From an uncultured Verrucomicrobiae bacterium (GTDB taxonomy: Bacteria > Chlamydiota > Chlamydiia > Chlamydiales > Rhabdochlamydiaceae): a DNA stretch of 64,000 nt. The DNA is taken from contig CAWDYW010000001.1 in assembly GCA_963806855.1 (NCBI GenBank), positions 928,001-992,000 on the forward strand, written 5' to 3'. Under the pieces are notes generated by a model. The model saw only the letters and a list, made by a program, of their open reading frames with translations. It was not told where the DNA came from and searched no databases. This document shows positions 30,103 through 39,720 of this stretch, piece by piece. The translations under genes were made by a program, and so were the position numbers. Position 1 is the first letter of the stretch. The number at the start of each line of letters is the position of its first letter.

Positions 30103-30216
30103 CTGAAAGGGGATCGATCATCTGCTTGTCTTGGGCAACGCCACTTCTCGGGACCTAAAGGTAGGGGAGATAGCCGGCTCTGAGTTCTTGCTCCAAGAGA
30201 TGATCGAACTACTTCG

Positions 30217-30495
30217 TCAAGAAGTTTTGCCGTAGAGTTTCCGCAGTTCGTCTTTTGCCTGCTCAATGGCTTGCCAACGCTCTTTAGACAGATTTTTCCC
30301 AGCCCGATTTTGATAAAAGACCAGCATCGACATCGCAGAACGGAAAGGGGTCGATTTGCGGCGGGTGCTTTTCTCAGCAGATCGTTTCAGAGAAAGGGCC
30401 ATTTGGCGTGGGCTCATCTTAAATACCCCTTCCTCAAGATCAAGGGCATTGCTTCTCTCTGTCACTTGTTTGGACCAGTAGCGAGTCTTCTTCAT
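30217..30495 (-). CDS. DUF3175 family protein
   Basis: WSKQVTERSNALDLEEGVF...SLKRSAEKSTRRKSTPFRSAMSML.FYQNRAGKNL. Confidence 0.85.
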   Translation of the reverse strand: MKKTRYWSKQVTERSNALDLEEGVFKMSPRQMALSLKRSAEKSTRRKSTPFRSAMSMLVFYQNRAGKNLSKERWQAIEQAKDELRKLYGKTS

Positions 30496-30626
30496 CCCCT
30501 CACCGTAAAATAATGGGAATATTATGCCAAGACGGGTCTTTGTAAAGGTTGGAGGGTCCGCCGCCTACAATTGCAATTTTCATGTAATTATTCTGCCAAA
30601 ACTAAAGTTATTAATAAATAAACACA

Positions 30627-31190
30627 TTATTTATTATAACAAAAACAATCTATTGTATGGTCGTTGACCAGCCCTGTTGCCTGCATATGGGAATACATCA
30701 CCTTGGGGCCGACAAACTTAAACCCACGTTTCATTAGATCGGTGCTGAGAGCTCGCGATTCCTTGGACTCTTGTGGGATTTCTTGAATCGATTTCCGGTG
30801 GTTTTGGATCGGTTTGTCATTAACAAATCGCCAGATATAGTTGTCAAAACTGCCAAATTCTTTTTGAATTTCAAGAAAGTGCTTGGCATTGCTGACGCAG
30901 GAGGTGATCTTCAGCCGATTCCGTACAATCCCCTCATCTTGGAGCAAAGCGTCGATTTTCGCTTGATCGTAGCGGGCTACTTTCACCGGTTCAAAATTGG
31001 AAAAGGCGCGCCTATATCCTTCCCGCTTTTTCAAAATGGTCAGCCAGCTTAAACCCGCTTGCGCCCCCTCGAGAATGAGAAACTCAAAGTGCTTGCGATC
31101 ATCATGGATAGGGACGCCCCACTCAGTGTCGTGGTAATGTTCATAAAGTTCATTGCCAGGAGTGACCCAAGCGCATCTTTTTTTCTGCAT
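30627..31190 (-). CDS. tag: DNA-3-methyladenine glycosylase I
   Basis: RCAW, YHDTEWG, LEGAQAGLSW.TIL.KR, GFKFVGP, NDH...C. Confidence 0.95.
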   Translation of the reverse strand: MQKKRCAWVTPGNELYEHYHDTEWGVPIHDDRKHFEFLILEGAQAGLSWLTILKKREGYRRAFSNFEPVKVARYDQAKIDALLQDEGIVRNRLKITSCVSNAKHFLEIQKEFGSFDNYIWRFVNDKPIQNHRKSIQEIPQESKESRALSTDLMKRGFKFVGPKVMYSHMQATGLVNDHTIDCFCYNK

Positions 31191-31271
31191 TGCGCCAGAA
31201 ATTTTAGTCGAAACAGTGATTTTTAAGTAAACATTTTGCAAAATGGTTCTGATCTAGCGCAAAGGAGCACT

Positions 31272-31886
31272 ATGAAATACCTCATCACTTTCCTTGTCAT
31301 CCTCTCTTCTCTATCAGCAGAGGTGAAGATTCTCGCCATTGCTGGCAGTACACGGAAGGGTTCCTATAACCAAAAACTATTGGCCCAAGCAGCCGAAATT
31401 GCGCGGCAAAAAGGGGCCACTGTGACGGTGATCAATCTAAAGGACTACCCTATTCCCCTCTACGATGGAGATCTGGAAGCTGAGGGTGGGATGCCAGAGA
31501 ACGCCAGAATCATTCGAGCGAAAATGATCGAAAGCGATGGGGTCATTCTCTCGACTCCTGAGTACAATGGAGCTATTTCAGGTGTACTCAAAAATGTGAT
31601 CGACTGGCTTTCAAGGGCAGAAAAGGGGGGATTCTCTCTAGAGGCATTTACTGACAAGCCCTTTGCGTTGATGAGCGCATCGGTGGGAAAGAGGGGCGGG
31701 CAATCGGCTTTAGATAATCTCACCTACATCATTGAGCATGTCGATGGAAAAGTGGTGCCAACGAAGGTAGCCATTCCTGATGCCCATATGGCATTTAATG
31801 AAGAGGGGCATTTAAAAGATGCGGCGAAAATGAAAGAGCTGGAGAAGGAAATCCAAGAATTAATTCGAATTGCTGGAAAAAAATAG
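31272..31886 (+). CDS. NADPH-dependent FMN reductase with N-terminal signal-peptide-like segment
   Basis: GSTRKGSYN, TPEYNG, LKNVIDWLS; AAGGAG RBS. Confidence 0.92.
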   Translation: MKYLITFLVILSSLSAEVKILAIAGSTRKGSYNQKLLAQAAEIARQKGATVTVINLKDYPIPLYDGDLEAEGGMPENARIIRAKMIESDGVILSTPEYNGAISGVLKNVIDWLSRAEKGGFSLEAFTDKPFALMSASVGKRGGQSALDNLTYIIEHVDGKVVPTKVAIPDAHMAFNEEGHLKDAAKMKELEKEIQELIRIAGKK

Positions 31887-31929
31887 CGACGATCAGTAGA
31901 ATGCTCATCAATTCAAAAAAGGACTAATC

Positions 31930-32220
31930 GTCAACTACCCCTCCCTAAAGGGAGAGGCTTGGAGGGAAACTAACAAGCCTAAGTTGAACAGATTCAGTCC
32001 ATAGTAAAGGACTACGTTGTATATATAGGCTAAAGACCTACCTTGGGATGCTTCCTCAGTCCTAAGCTCTAGAAGCTCTGGTTGCAGACAAGCGACAGGG
32101 TAAAGCACGAAACGGATTAGAGCACGTGCCGGTATACAACATTGTCGAGGGGAGATCATCGCAAGATGGCGTTACTAGCCCAGTAATGGGATTTTGGGAG
32201 TCGTAAGGCTCCCACTTTTT
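31930..32220 (+). ncRNA. HEARO / IscB omegaRNA scaffold (3' end approximate)
   Basis: GTCAACTACCCC...GGCTTG/CAAGCC...GTTGAACAG...CTACGTT...GGGATGCTTCCTCAGTCC..CTCT...AACATTGTCGAGGGGAGA; CTTCCTC/GAGGGGAG pseudoknot complementarity. Confidence 0.88.
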
Positions 32221-32286
32221 AAACTTAAATAAGGAGCAAGGCTTCCTCCCAGGCATAAATGCCAGGGTTTCCGCCTTGAAAAATGG
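31930..32286 (+). mobile_element. Non-autonomous IS200/IS605 (IscB-type) mini-element without ORF
   Basis: GTCAAC terminus + CTCCC-TAAA-GGGAG hairpin; other end TTCCTCCCAGGCATAAATGCCAGGGTTTCC followed by ATGAA. Confidence 0.85.
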
Positions 32287-33246
32287 ATGAAAAAGAAATT
32301 TGAAAAACTTGTATGTTGCTTGATGTTTTGCTCTTCTGCTCTCTTTGCTGACCCCATTCTCGGGGATAAAATTGATGAAGACTTGGATGTTGTCTACAGC
32401 TATCTGCAGAATGATTGGATCATGGGACTCAGTGACGGCTCTTCGTGGAAGCTGATGCCTCTAAAAGAGAAAAGAAAACAGACTTGGGCAGAGTGGTGGG
32501 GACAAACCGAGCCAAAAGAGTGGAAACTCTCAGATGAATTCTTCTTTGATCCACGCGATTGGAGAGGAAGATATACCGTGCAAGTCTATCTGGCGAAAGA
32601 TTCGGTTGCCTCCGGCTATGACTACATTCTGGTCAATGAATATACAAATCAAAAGGTCTTTGCGAAATTTGTCCCGTATGGAGCAGATTTCATTCCCAAA
32701 ATGGAATATGCCCGCAGAATCATGGAGAGCGGCGAGCCCGTTTCTTCGAGTGTTTTGGCAGCCTATACGTTTTTAGATGATGTGGTGACGCTTGAGGACA
32801 AATCGATTTGGAAGCTCAATTTGATCGGCAAGAATAGCGCGAGTTTGTCAGAATGGTGGAATGGCGTTGAAATTGATCAACCCGACACTGCCTTCGTTTC
32901 AAAGTTGTCCGAGTGGAAAGCATCAGACAAGATTGAAATCTATCATGCCCATTTTGATGATTCGGAATTAAACCAGAAATACCGGGTTTCAAAGGCTCTC
33001 CAAGAGATCTATCTGCTCGAAAATAAAACCCGTCACAAAATGGCCTATGCTAACGAGATGTCATTTAAAGACCTTTTAGATGGTCTGCAAAAACATGGAG
33101 ATAACCAACATGAGAAGGGTTATTCCACTGGGTTCTCAGAAGGCTATAAGAAAGGCTACAAGGATGGGCAATCCAAAGGCTTCTCCGATGGTGTAGAGCG
33201 GGGCAAGAAAGAGGCAACCAAAGAAAACCGACTCTACGAACAGTGA
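32287..33246 (+). CDS. Secreted hypothetical protein with internal duplication and C-terminal GxxxG repeats
   Basis: Signal peptide; two L.D.S.WKL...EWW modules; KGYSTGFSEGYKKGYKDG (FliH/Yae1-like). Confidence 0.8.
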   Translation: MKKKFEKLVCCLMFCSSALFADPILGDKIDEDLDVVYSYLQNDWIMGLSDGSSWKLMPLKEKRKQTWAEWWGQTEPKEWKLSDEFFFDPRDWRGRYTVQVYLAKDSVASGYDYILVNEYTNQKVFAKFVPYGADFIPKMEYARRIMESGEPVSSSVLAAYTFLDDVVTLEDKSIWKLNLIGKNSASLSEWWNGVEIDQPDTAFVSKLSEWKASDKIEIYHAHFDDSELNQKYRVSKALQEIYLLENKTRHKMAYANEMSFKDLLDGLQKHGDNQHEKGYSTGFSEGYKKGYKDGQSKGFSDGVERGKKEATKENRLYEQ

Positions 33247-34193
33247 TAGAACTCCCCAGTATTGCAGACGGGGAGGACAAAGCCTCGCCATTCAAGAACC
33301 GGATCAGAAAAAACTACCGCCATGTCCGCAAGTGGGCCAAGCGGACCACAACCGATTGCTTCCGCATCTACGACCGCGATATTAAAGAGTATCCGCTGGC
33401 GATCGATTTCTATGCCGGGAAATTCTTGGTTCAGTTCATTTCCTTTGATGGGGATATTGAACCCAAAGAGGAGGTGGAGCAGGTCCTCAGCTCGATTTTT
33501 GGAGTAGATTTAGAGAATATTTACTGGCGCTCGCGCATTCGACGAAAAAAATTGGAGCAGTATGAAAAGCTAGCCGATGAAAAAGAGTTTTTCATTGTCC
33601 ATGAATACGGCGCGAAGTTCAAAGTGAATCTTGTTGACTATTTGGATACGGGGCTCTTTCTGGATCATCGTGAGACGCGCCAAATGGTTGCCCGGGTGGC
33701 TTCGGGCAAACGGCTGCTCAACCTCTTTGCTTATACTTGTTCTTTCAGTGTCCACGCTGCTTTAGCCGGAGCAAGTTTCACTAAAAGTGTCGACATGTCC
33801 AACACCTATACGGAATGGGGAAGGGACAACTTTCTTCTCAATGGGATCCCGCTCCAACATCATGCGATTATTCGGGCAGATTGTCTCAAATTTCTCGAAG
33901 AGGAGAAGGAAACTTATGATCTCATTGTGATCGATCCTCCGACGATCTCCCGATCAAAAAAAATGGAGGAGATGTTCGATATCCAGGTTGATTACATTGA
34001 GCTAATCACTCAGGCCCTCAAGTTGCTTACCCCTAAGGGAACCATCTTTTTCAGCACCAATTCGAGAAAATTTGCCTTTGATGATTCCCTTTTTGACGGC
34101 TGTAAAATCGTAGAGATCACCGCAAAGACGATCCCCTTAGATTTCCATCAGCAAAAGATCCACCGTTGTTGGACGATCACTTCGACTTCTTAG
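33243..34193 (+). CDS. Class I SAM-dependent rRNA methyltransferase (RlmK/RlmI-like)
   Basis: FRIYDRDI, YLDTGLFLDHR, LNLFAYT, DPPT. Confidence 0.9.
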   Translation: MIELPSIADGEDKASPFKNRIRKNYRHVRKWAKRTTTDCFRIYDRDIKEYPLAIDFYAGKFLVQFISFDGDIEPKEEVEQVLSSIFGVDLENIYWRSRIRRKKLEQYEKLADEKEFFIVHEYGAKFKVNLVDYLDTGLFLDHRETRQMVARVASGKRLLNLFAYTCSFSVHAALAGASFTKSVDMSNTYTEWGRDNFLLNGIPLQHHAIIRADCLKFLEEEKETYDLIVIDPPTISRSKKMEEMFDIQVDYIELITQALKLLTPKGTIFFSTNSRKFAFDDSLFDGCKIVEITAKTIPLDFHQQKIHRCWTITSTS

Positions 34194-34595
34194 ATCTACG
34201 CTGATCTTTGCTATCCCATTTACCTCGATTTTTCTTCTTGTGGTAGGAGGGATTGCCCCGCCGTCGGTGCGACCATAGTAGCGGTGGTAGCGGCGATAGT
34301 CGTTAAAATAGGGCTCATCGTTGAAGTAAACCCCATAATAGTATCCTGGCCCACCCCAGCGGACATCATAAAAGCCGTTGTTTAGCCAATAGTAGTAATC
34401 ATCGGGGTAGTCGAACCAGATGCCATAATACCATCCGGGGCCAGCCCAAGCTTGGTAATAGGCATTGTCATAGTAGTAATAATAGCCATAGGGACCACCC
34501 ACATCCACTTGTACACCTGGGGCGCGGACGCTGGCAGCGTCGAGTGAAGCGGCGAGGCTGATGAGAGCTGTACAAAGTAACATTGGTATTTTCAT
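34137..34595 (-). CDS. Secreted Tyr/Trp/Gly-rich WxGPGWYYG repeat protein (paralog 1; C-terminus probably frameshifted near 34270)
   Basis: Signal peptide; WAGPGWYYGIWF and WGGPGYYYGVYF. Confidence 0.8.
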   Translation of the reverse strand: MKIPMLLCTALISLAASLDAASVRAPGVQVDVGGPYGYYYYYDNAYYQAWAGPGWYYGIWFDYPDDYYYWLNNGFYDVRWGGPGYYYGVYFNDEPYFNDYRRYHRYYGRTDGGAIPPTTRRKIEVNGIAKISVDLRSRSDRPTTVDLLLMEI

Positions 34596-34685
34596 AAGGG
34601 TTCTCCGTTAAGCTCATCTATAAAAGAAACAATTTTTGTTGTCAGTAAAATTGGTTACAATTAAATGAAAATAAGAGGTGTGAGT

Positions 34686-34925
34686 ATGAGATATGTTAGA
34701 ACTGGTGTGATTGTGATTGGAGTTTTTTTGATCGGCTTAGGGATTTATTCGCTCGTCTACGATCAAATATCATATACCAATAAGGAAAAAGTGATCGAAA
34801 TCGGCCCTGTCCAAGCGACAATCGATAGAGGGGCCACCTGTGTTCGGTTGCCGGCGATCTTCGGGGCACTGGTCATCATTGCCGGTGGTGCGCTCGTCGC
34901 GATGCATTTTGCCAAGAGACAGTGA
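34686..34925 (+). CDS. Small two-TM membrane protein
   Basis: QISYTNKEKVIEIGPVQAT..LPAIFGALVIIAGG; paralog of 10512..10739. Confidence 0.7.
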   Translation: MRYVRTGVIVIGVFLIGLGIYSLVYDQISYTNKEKVIEIGPVQATIDRGATCVRLPAIFGALVIIAGGALVAMHFAKRQ

Positions 34926-34931
34926 ATATAT

Positions 34932-36544
34932 TTAGACCAAAACATCGACGAGCTGATGGTCGGGATTCTGCTTGATCGCATACTGCTTTTCCCAAGGCTC
35001 GCTGAATAGAACAATCGGCCGTTCTAAACGGTCCTTGAACAATCAGGGCTGTTGTTGTCTTCTTAAATGTCTTAATATCGCCCAATGATCCAGGCGCTGC
35101 ATGTATAGGGGAGGGGAGTGAGGAGGGTCTCAACGCCATATTCATCTTTCAGGCGGTATTGCATCACTTCGAATTGGAGCTGTCCTACAGCTGCAAAGAT
35201 CAGATCGCCGCTCCGTTCATTGGGGCTGCAACAGTTGGATGGCGCCTTCATCGGTGAGCTGCAGCACCCCTTTATCGAAGGATTTTCGTTTGCCGACATC
35301 TTTGGGATGGAGCGCGGGCGAAAATTTCGGGCTGGAATTGGGGGAGAGGTTTAAAATTAAATCCGCCTGTGAGGGAGATGGTATCGCCGATGGCAAAGAG
35401 CGCCGGGGTTGATCACGCCGATGATGTCTCCGGGATAGGCGATGTCAAGAGTGGTTCTTTCTCCGGCGACCATGCCATGGGGGCGGGAGAGGCGGATTTC
35501 ACGGCCGAGGCGGTGGTGTTTGACGACTAAGATCCCGCTCAAAGCGGCCCGAACAGATCCGGAAAAAGGCCATGCTGTCGCGATGGCGGCGGTCCATATT
35601 GGCCTGCAGTTTGAAAACATAGCCGCTGAAGGGCGTATTCACCGGATCGATTTCGATCTCCTGTCCCGTCGAGTGCGATCGGCCAAACGGCGAATGGGGA
35701 CAGGGGGCTAGATGGATAAAGGCATCAAAGAAGGGCTCGACGCCAAAATTGGTCAGAGCGGAGGCAAAAAAGACTGGGGTGACTTCGCCTGCGAGAAAAC
35801 CGTCTTGTTGAAAAGCGGTTGCCTGCCATCTCCAAAAGCTCTAATTCTTCTGAAGAGCTGCTGCATACGGTCCGTGCTCGATCTTTTCCTTGGCTTCGGG
35901 GCTTTGAAGGGGAAAGCGGTCGATGTCGGCTTTTTGAGCGCCTCCGGCAGAGGTTTTGGTGAAAAAGAGGCATTCTTCGGTTGCACGATCGACGACGCCA
36001 TGAAACTCTTTGCCGGAGCCGATCGGCCAATTCATCGCAGTAGGAATGGATTTGAAGCACATCTTCCACTTCATTCATCAGATCGAGCGGGTCGCGGCAC
36101 GGCATATCCATTTTGTTGATGAAGGTCAGCACGGGGATTTTGCGCAGGCGGCAAACTTCAAAGAGTTTGCGGGTCTGCTTTTCGACCCCTTTGGAGGCAT
36201 CGATCACCATGATGGCGCAATCGGCGGCGGTCAGGGTGCGGTAGGTGTCTTCAGAGAAAGTCTTCGTGGCCGGGAGTGTCCAGAACGTTGATGATGGTAT
36301 CTTTATAGGTAAATTGCATGGCGGAGGAGGTGATCGAAATTCCCCGTTCCTGCTCCATGGCCATCCAGTCGGAAGCGGCCGCTTTGCGCCCTTTGCGCCC
36401 CTTGACCATGCCGGCAGTGTGGATCATCCCCGAATAGAGAAGAAGTTTTTCGGTCAGGGTCGTTTTTCCGGCATCGGGGTGGCTGATGATCGCAAACGTG
36501 CGCCGATTGGAAACGGCTTTTCTGATCTCCTCGAGGTCACTCAT
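34932..36544 (-). CDS. prfC: Peptide chain release factor 3 (multiple indels, probably sequence errors)
   Basis: [47 protein letters not shown] spread across frames. Confidence 0.92.
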
Positions 36545-36553
36545 AGGAATTTA

Positions 36554-38233
36554 TTATACCGTATTCTCGGTCAATTCTCTAGCCCTTTCTAAGGCAGGGT
36601 CGATGTGAGGGAAGATTTGCGGCTGTCCGATCAGCTCGACGAGACCAAATTTTTTTAAAGATTTGAGGACAGGAGGGTTGACCCCCGAGAGAATCAAGGT
36701 TGTCTTTTCCTTCGCGCATTTATGGTAGAATTCCCCAAGGGCATGCATCCCGCTAGCGTCGATCATCGGGACTTTGCGCAAGCGTAAAATAAAGACTTTG
36801 GGAGGAGCTTCCATATTGGAGAGGACTCCCTTCAGGGTGTCGGCCAGACTAAAGAAAAACAGGCCGTCGATTTCATACACCTCAACTCCCGAGGGGACCC
36901 GCTTAGTTTCGATCGCATCGGGATCGGGTTTCTCGCCATTTTCTTCATTTAGACTTTTTAATGAGACAACGCCAGAAAGATCGCTGATCCGCTTCATAAA
37001 TAAAAAGGCTGCCAAGATCATTCCGATTTCGATGGCAACGATCAAATCGACTACGATGGTGAGCAAGAAAGTCGTCAGCAAGACTGCAACATCGCCAAGA
37101 GGGGCTTTAAAAAGATGGCGGAAATGGCCAAGCTCGCTCATATTCCATGCGACCATCACCAAGACAGCAGAAAGGGCGGCGATCGGGATCTGGCTGACAA
37201 TAGGGGCGCAAACCAGGACAATCAATAACAAGGTGAGCGCATGGATCATTCCAGCAACAGGGCTTTGGGCGCCGCTCTTGATGTTGGTCGCTGTCCGGGC
37301 GATCGCCCCAGTGGCGGGAATGCCTCCGAATAAGGCCGAGCCGATATTGGCTATTCCTTGAGCCATCAATTCGCAATTCGATTTATGCCTCCTGCCTGTC
37401 ATCCCATCGGCGACGACCGCGGAGAGGAGCGACTCGATCCCCGCTAAAAAGGCAATCGTAAAGGCGGCCGGAACAATTTTATCCCATGCGGCAAATCCAG
37501 TCATGAAGTCGGGAAGGGTAAAGGAGGGGAGGGTGCTTGGGATTTCACCAAAGCGGTCTTGAATCGTTTCGACAGGCAAGTGAAAGCCCCAAGCGATAGC
37601 TGTCGCCACCACAATTGAGGAAATTCCCCAGGGGAGAACAGGGAAAAACTTCCGTATGAGAATGATCAGCACCAGAGTCCCCAATGCGACCGCAAAGGTG
37701 GGGGGATGCCATGTAGGAAATGCGGAAAAGAGGGCGATGCACTTAGCGAAAAAATCGACGGGAAGTTTGTCGATCTGCAGCCCGAAGAAATCTTTGATCT
37801 GGGAGAAAAAAATGACAAAGGCGATTCCAGTTGTAAATCCGATAATCAAGGGATAGGGGATATATTTGATCAGGTTACCGAGTCGAAAGAAGGCGGCAAT
37901 CAGTAAGATCAAGCCAGCTAGAATGGTGCTGATCATCAGTCCATTAAGCCCAAGCTGCGCGACGACAGCATAAATGACGATGACAAAGGCTCCAGTTGGC
38001 CCGCCGATTTGGAAAAAACTGCCGCCGAGCAGCGAAATCACAAATCCGGCGATGATTGCGGTATAGAGGCCACTGATTGGGGTCACTCCTGAAGCGATTC
38101 CAAAGGCCATGGCCAGCGGAAGGGCGACGACTCCCACCGTAATCCCAGCGATCAGATCCTTTTTGAATTTGGCAAAGGTGTAATGATCTTTTAACGCGAG
38201 CCAAGTTTTAGGTATGAATTGTGTCCAGAACAT
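36554..38233 (-). CDS. SulP family anion transporter with STAS domain
   Basis: DLIAGITVGVVALPLAMAF, GPTGAF, PATGAIART, IDASG. Confidence 0.95.
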   Translation of the reverse strand: MFWTQFIPKTWLALKDHYTFAKFKKDLIAGITVGVVALPLAMAFGIASGVTPISGLYTAIIAGFVISLLGGSFFQIGGPTGAFVIVIYAVVAQLGLNGLMISTILAGLILLIAAFFRLGNLIKYIPYPLIIGFTTGIAFVIFFSQIKDFFGLQIDKLPVDFFAKCIALFSAFPTWHPPTFAVALGTLVLIILIRKFFPVLPWGISSIVVATAIAWGFHLPVETIQDRFGEIPSTLPSFTLPDFMTGFAAWDKIVPAAFTIAFLAGIESLLSAVVADGMTGRRHKSNCELMAQGIANIGSALFGGIPATGAIARTATNIKSGAQSPVAGMIHALTLLLIVLVCAPIVSQIPIAALSAVLVMVAWNMSELGHFRHLFKAPLGDVAVLLTTFLLTIVVDLIVAIEIGMILAAFLFMKRISDLSGVVSLKSLNEENGEKPDPDAIETKRVPSGVEVYEIDGLFFFSLADTLKGVLSNMEAPPKVFILRLRKVPMIDASGMHALGEFYHKCAKEKTTLILSGVNPPVLKSLKKFGLVELIGQPQIFPHIDPALERARELTENTV

Positions 38234-39669
38234 TATGACCGCACCATGAAATTAATATAGCCTTTGGGGATATCGACGCTGACTAATTCGACAACAACTC
38301 GATCTCCCACATCTAATTTACCAAAATCGCCCACAACTTTTCCCTCTACCGAAGGGGAGATGACCCGGACCCAGGTTCCGTTCTCTCCGGCGCCGGTAAT
38401 CAAGCCCTCATATTGGGAGCCGATTGAATCCGAGAGGAAGAGGGCAGCGGCGACCTTATTCATATGCCGCTCGACTTTAGTCGCCGCATCTTCCTGAGCT
38501 GTGCAATGGAGGGCAAGATTCTCTAATTCTTCCAAAGAATAGGGCGATTTCTCTCCTCTTAGATGGGCCTTAAACTGCCGCTGCGAAATGAGGTCGGGGA
38601 AGCGTCTGTTGGGAGCTGTCGAGTGGACATATTCGGATAAAGCAAGCCCGAAATGGCCAACTGGCTCTTCTCCAGGCTGTTCGACAATATATTCTCCTCG
38701 GCCGAGCAGTTTGATCACTGTTAAAGACAAATCGGGAAAAGTGGCTGGATCTTTGGCCTTGCGCCGAGTGAGGAAGTTCTCCAGCGCCTTTGGATCGGGG
38801 ATATCGGGGAGCTTTTCTTGAAAGTTAGCGGCGATCTCCACAATCCGGTCCCATCGATTGGGAATGCGGACGACACGGCGCAAACTGGCGATCTTGAGCC
38901 TGCGGAATTCATCGGCCATCACATGGTTGGCGGCAATCATGAAATTTTCGATGAGCTGCTGAGCATAGTTGCGCAAAGGTGGCTGCAGGATGACATGGAG
39001 ATTGTTTGTCAATTTGGCCTCCAGTTCATTTGGCTCTAACGTCAAGGCACCCATCCGATGCCGATATTTTTGCAAAAGTTGTGCGATCCGATGTTGATAT
39101 TTTAGGGAAGTTTCTAGACCACCGACTGTTTTGATCTTCTCAGGGATGGGGATCTTGCCTTCCAGCCAGTCGCCGACACCGCCGTAGCTCAATTTGGCGT
39201 GGTTGCGGACTAGGGCTCGGAAGATCTTGCCCCCTTCCACATCTCCCTCTTCATTGACATTGACCTCAATGACGACCGCCATCCGATCTTCATTTTCATT
39301 TAGAGAAGTCAAATCGGTCGACAACTTATCTGGGAGCATGGGGAAAATTTTTGCCGGGGTGTAGACCGATGTCGTATTCTTGCGGGCATGTTGATCGAGA
39401 GGGGAATCTTTAGCAACCAAAGCGTCCACATCAGCAATCGCAACCCAAAGATTTCCCTTTTCAGCGTAAGTTAACTGATCGAGATCTCTCGAGTCTTCAT
39501 TGTCAATTGAGCACCATAAATACTTGCGGAGATCCCTGCTTTCAGACGTAGGGGAGGCTGCAGCGCCGATCGCGTCGAGCTGATTTAAAGCCTCTTGAGA
39601 GAAATCGGGCTCTAGTCCGCGCAGGCGCATGGCCTGTTTTGCTAAAAATTTGAGATCGTATTGTTCCAT
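38233..39669 (-). CDS. RNB-domain exoribonuclease (RNase II/R family, short form)
   Basis: SIDNEDSRDLDQ, VAIADV, IENFMIAAN, HSTAPNRRFPD. Confidence 0.92.
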   Translation of the reverse strand: MEQYDLKFLAKQAMRLRGLEPDFSQEALNQLDAIGAAASPTSESRDLRKYLWCSIDNEDSRDLDQLTYAEKGNLWVAIADVDALVAKDSPLDQHARKNTTSVYTPAKIFPMLPDKLSTDLTSLNENEDRMAVVIEVNVNEEGDVEGGKIFRALVRNHAKLSYGGVGDWLEGKIPIPEKIKTVGGLETSLKYQHRIAQLLQKYRHRMGALTLEPNELEAKLTNNLHVILQPPLRNYAQQLIENFMIAANHVMADEFRRLKIASLRRVVRIPNRWDRIVEIAANFQEKLPDIPDPKALENFLTRRKAKDPATFPDLSLTVIKLLGRGEYIVEQPGEEPVGHFGLALSEYVHSTAPNRRFPDLISQRQFKAHLRGEKSPYSLEELENLALHCTAQEDAATKVERHMNKVAAALFLSDSIGSQYEGLITGAGENGTWVRVISPSVEGKVVGDFGKLDVGDRVVVELVSVDIPKGYINFMVRS

Positions 39670-39672
39670 AAA

Positions 39673-39700
39673 AATGCCACTCATGATCATGAGTGGCATT
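39673..39700 (-). terminator. Perfect 28-bp palindrome, likely terminator
   Basis: AATGCCACTCATGA|TCATGAGTGGCATT with a T tract on the minus strand. Confidence 0.7.
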
Positions 39701-39720
39701 GAGATATTTTTCAATTGAGA

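Noticed and set aside
31935..32357. Short minus-strand ORFs over the omegaRNA element as IscB/TnpA remnants
   Set aside because: No PLMP, RuvC, HNH or HUH motifs; chance ORFs across structured RNA
34932..36544. prfC frameshifts as recoding
   Set aside because: Programmed frameshifting is a prfB feature; the many scattered indels here indicate error
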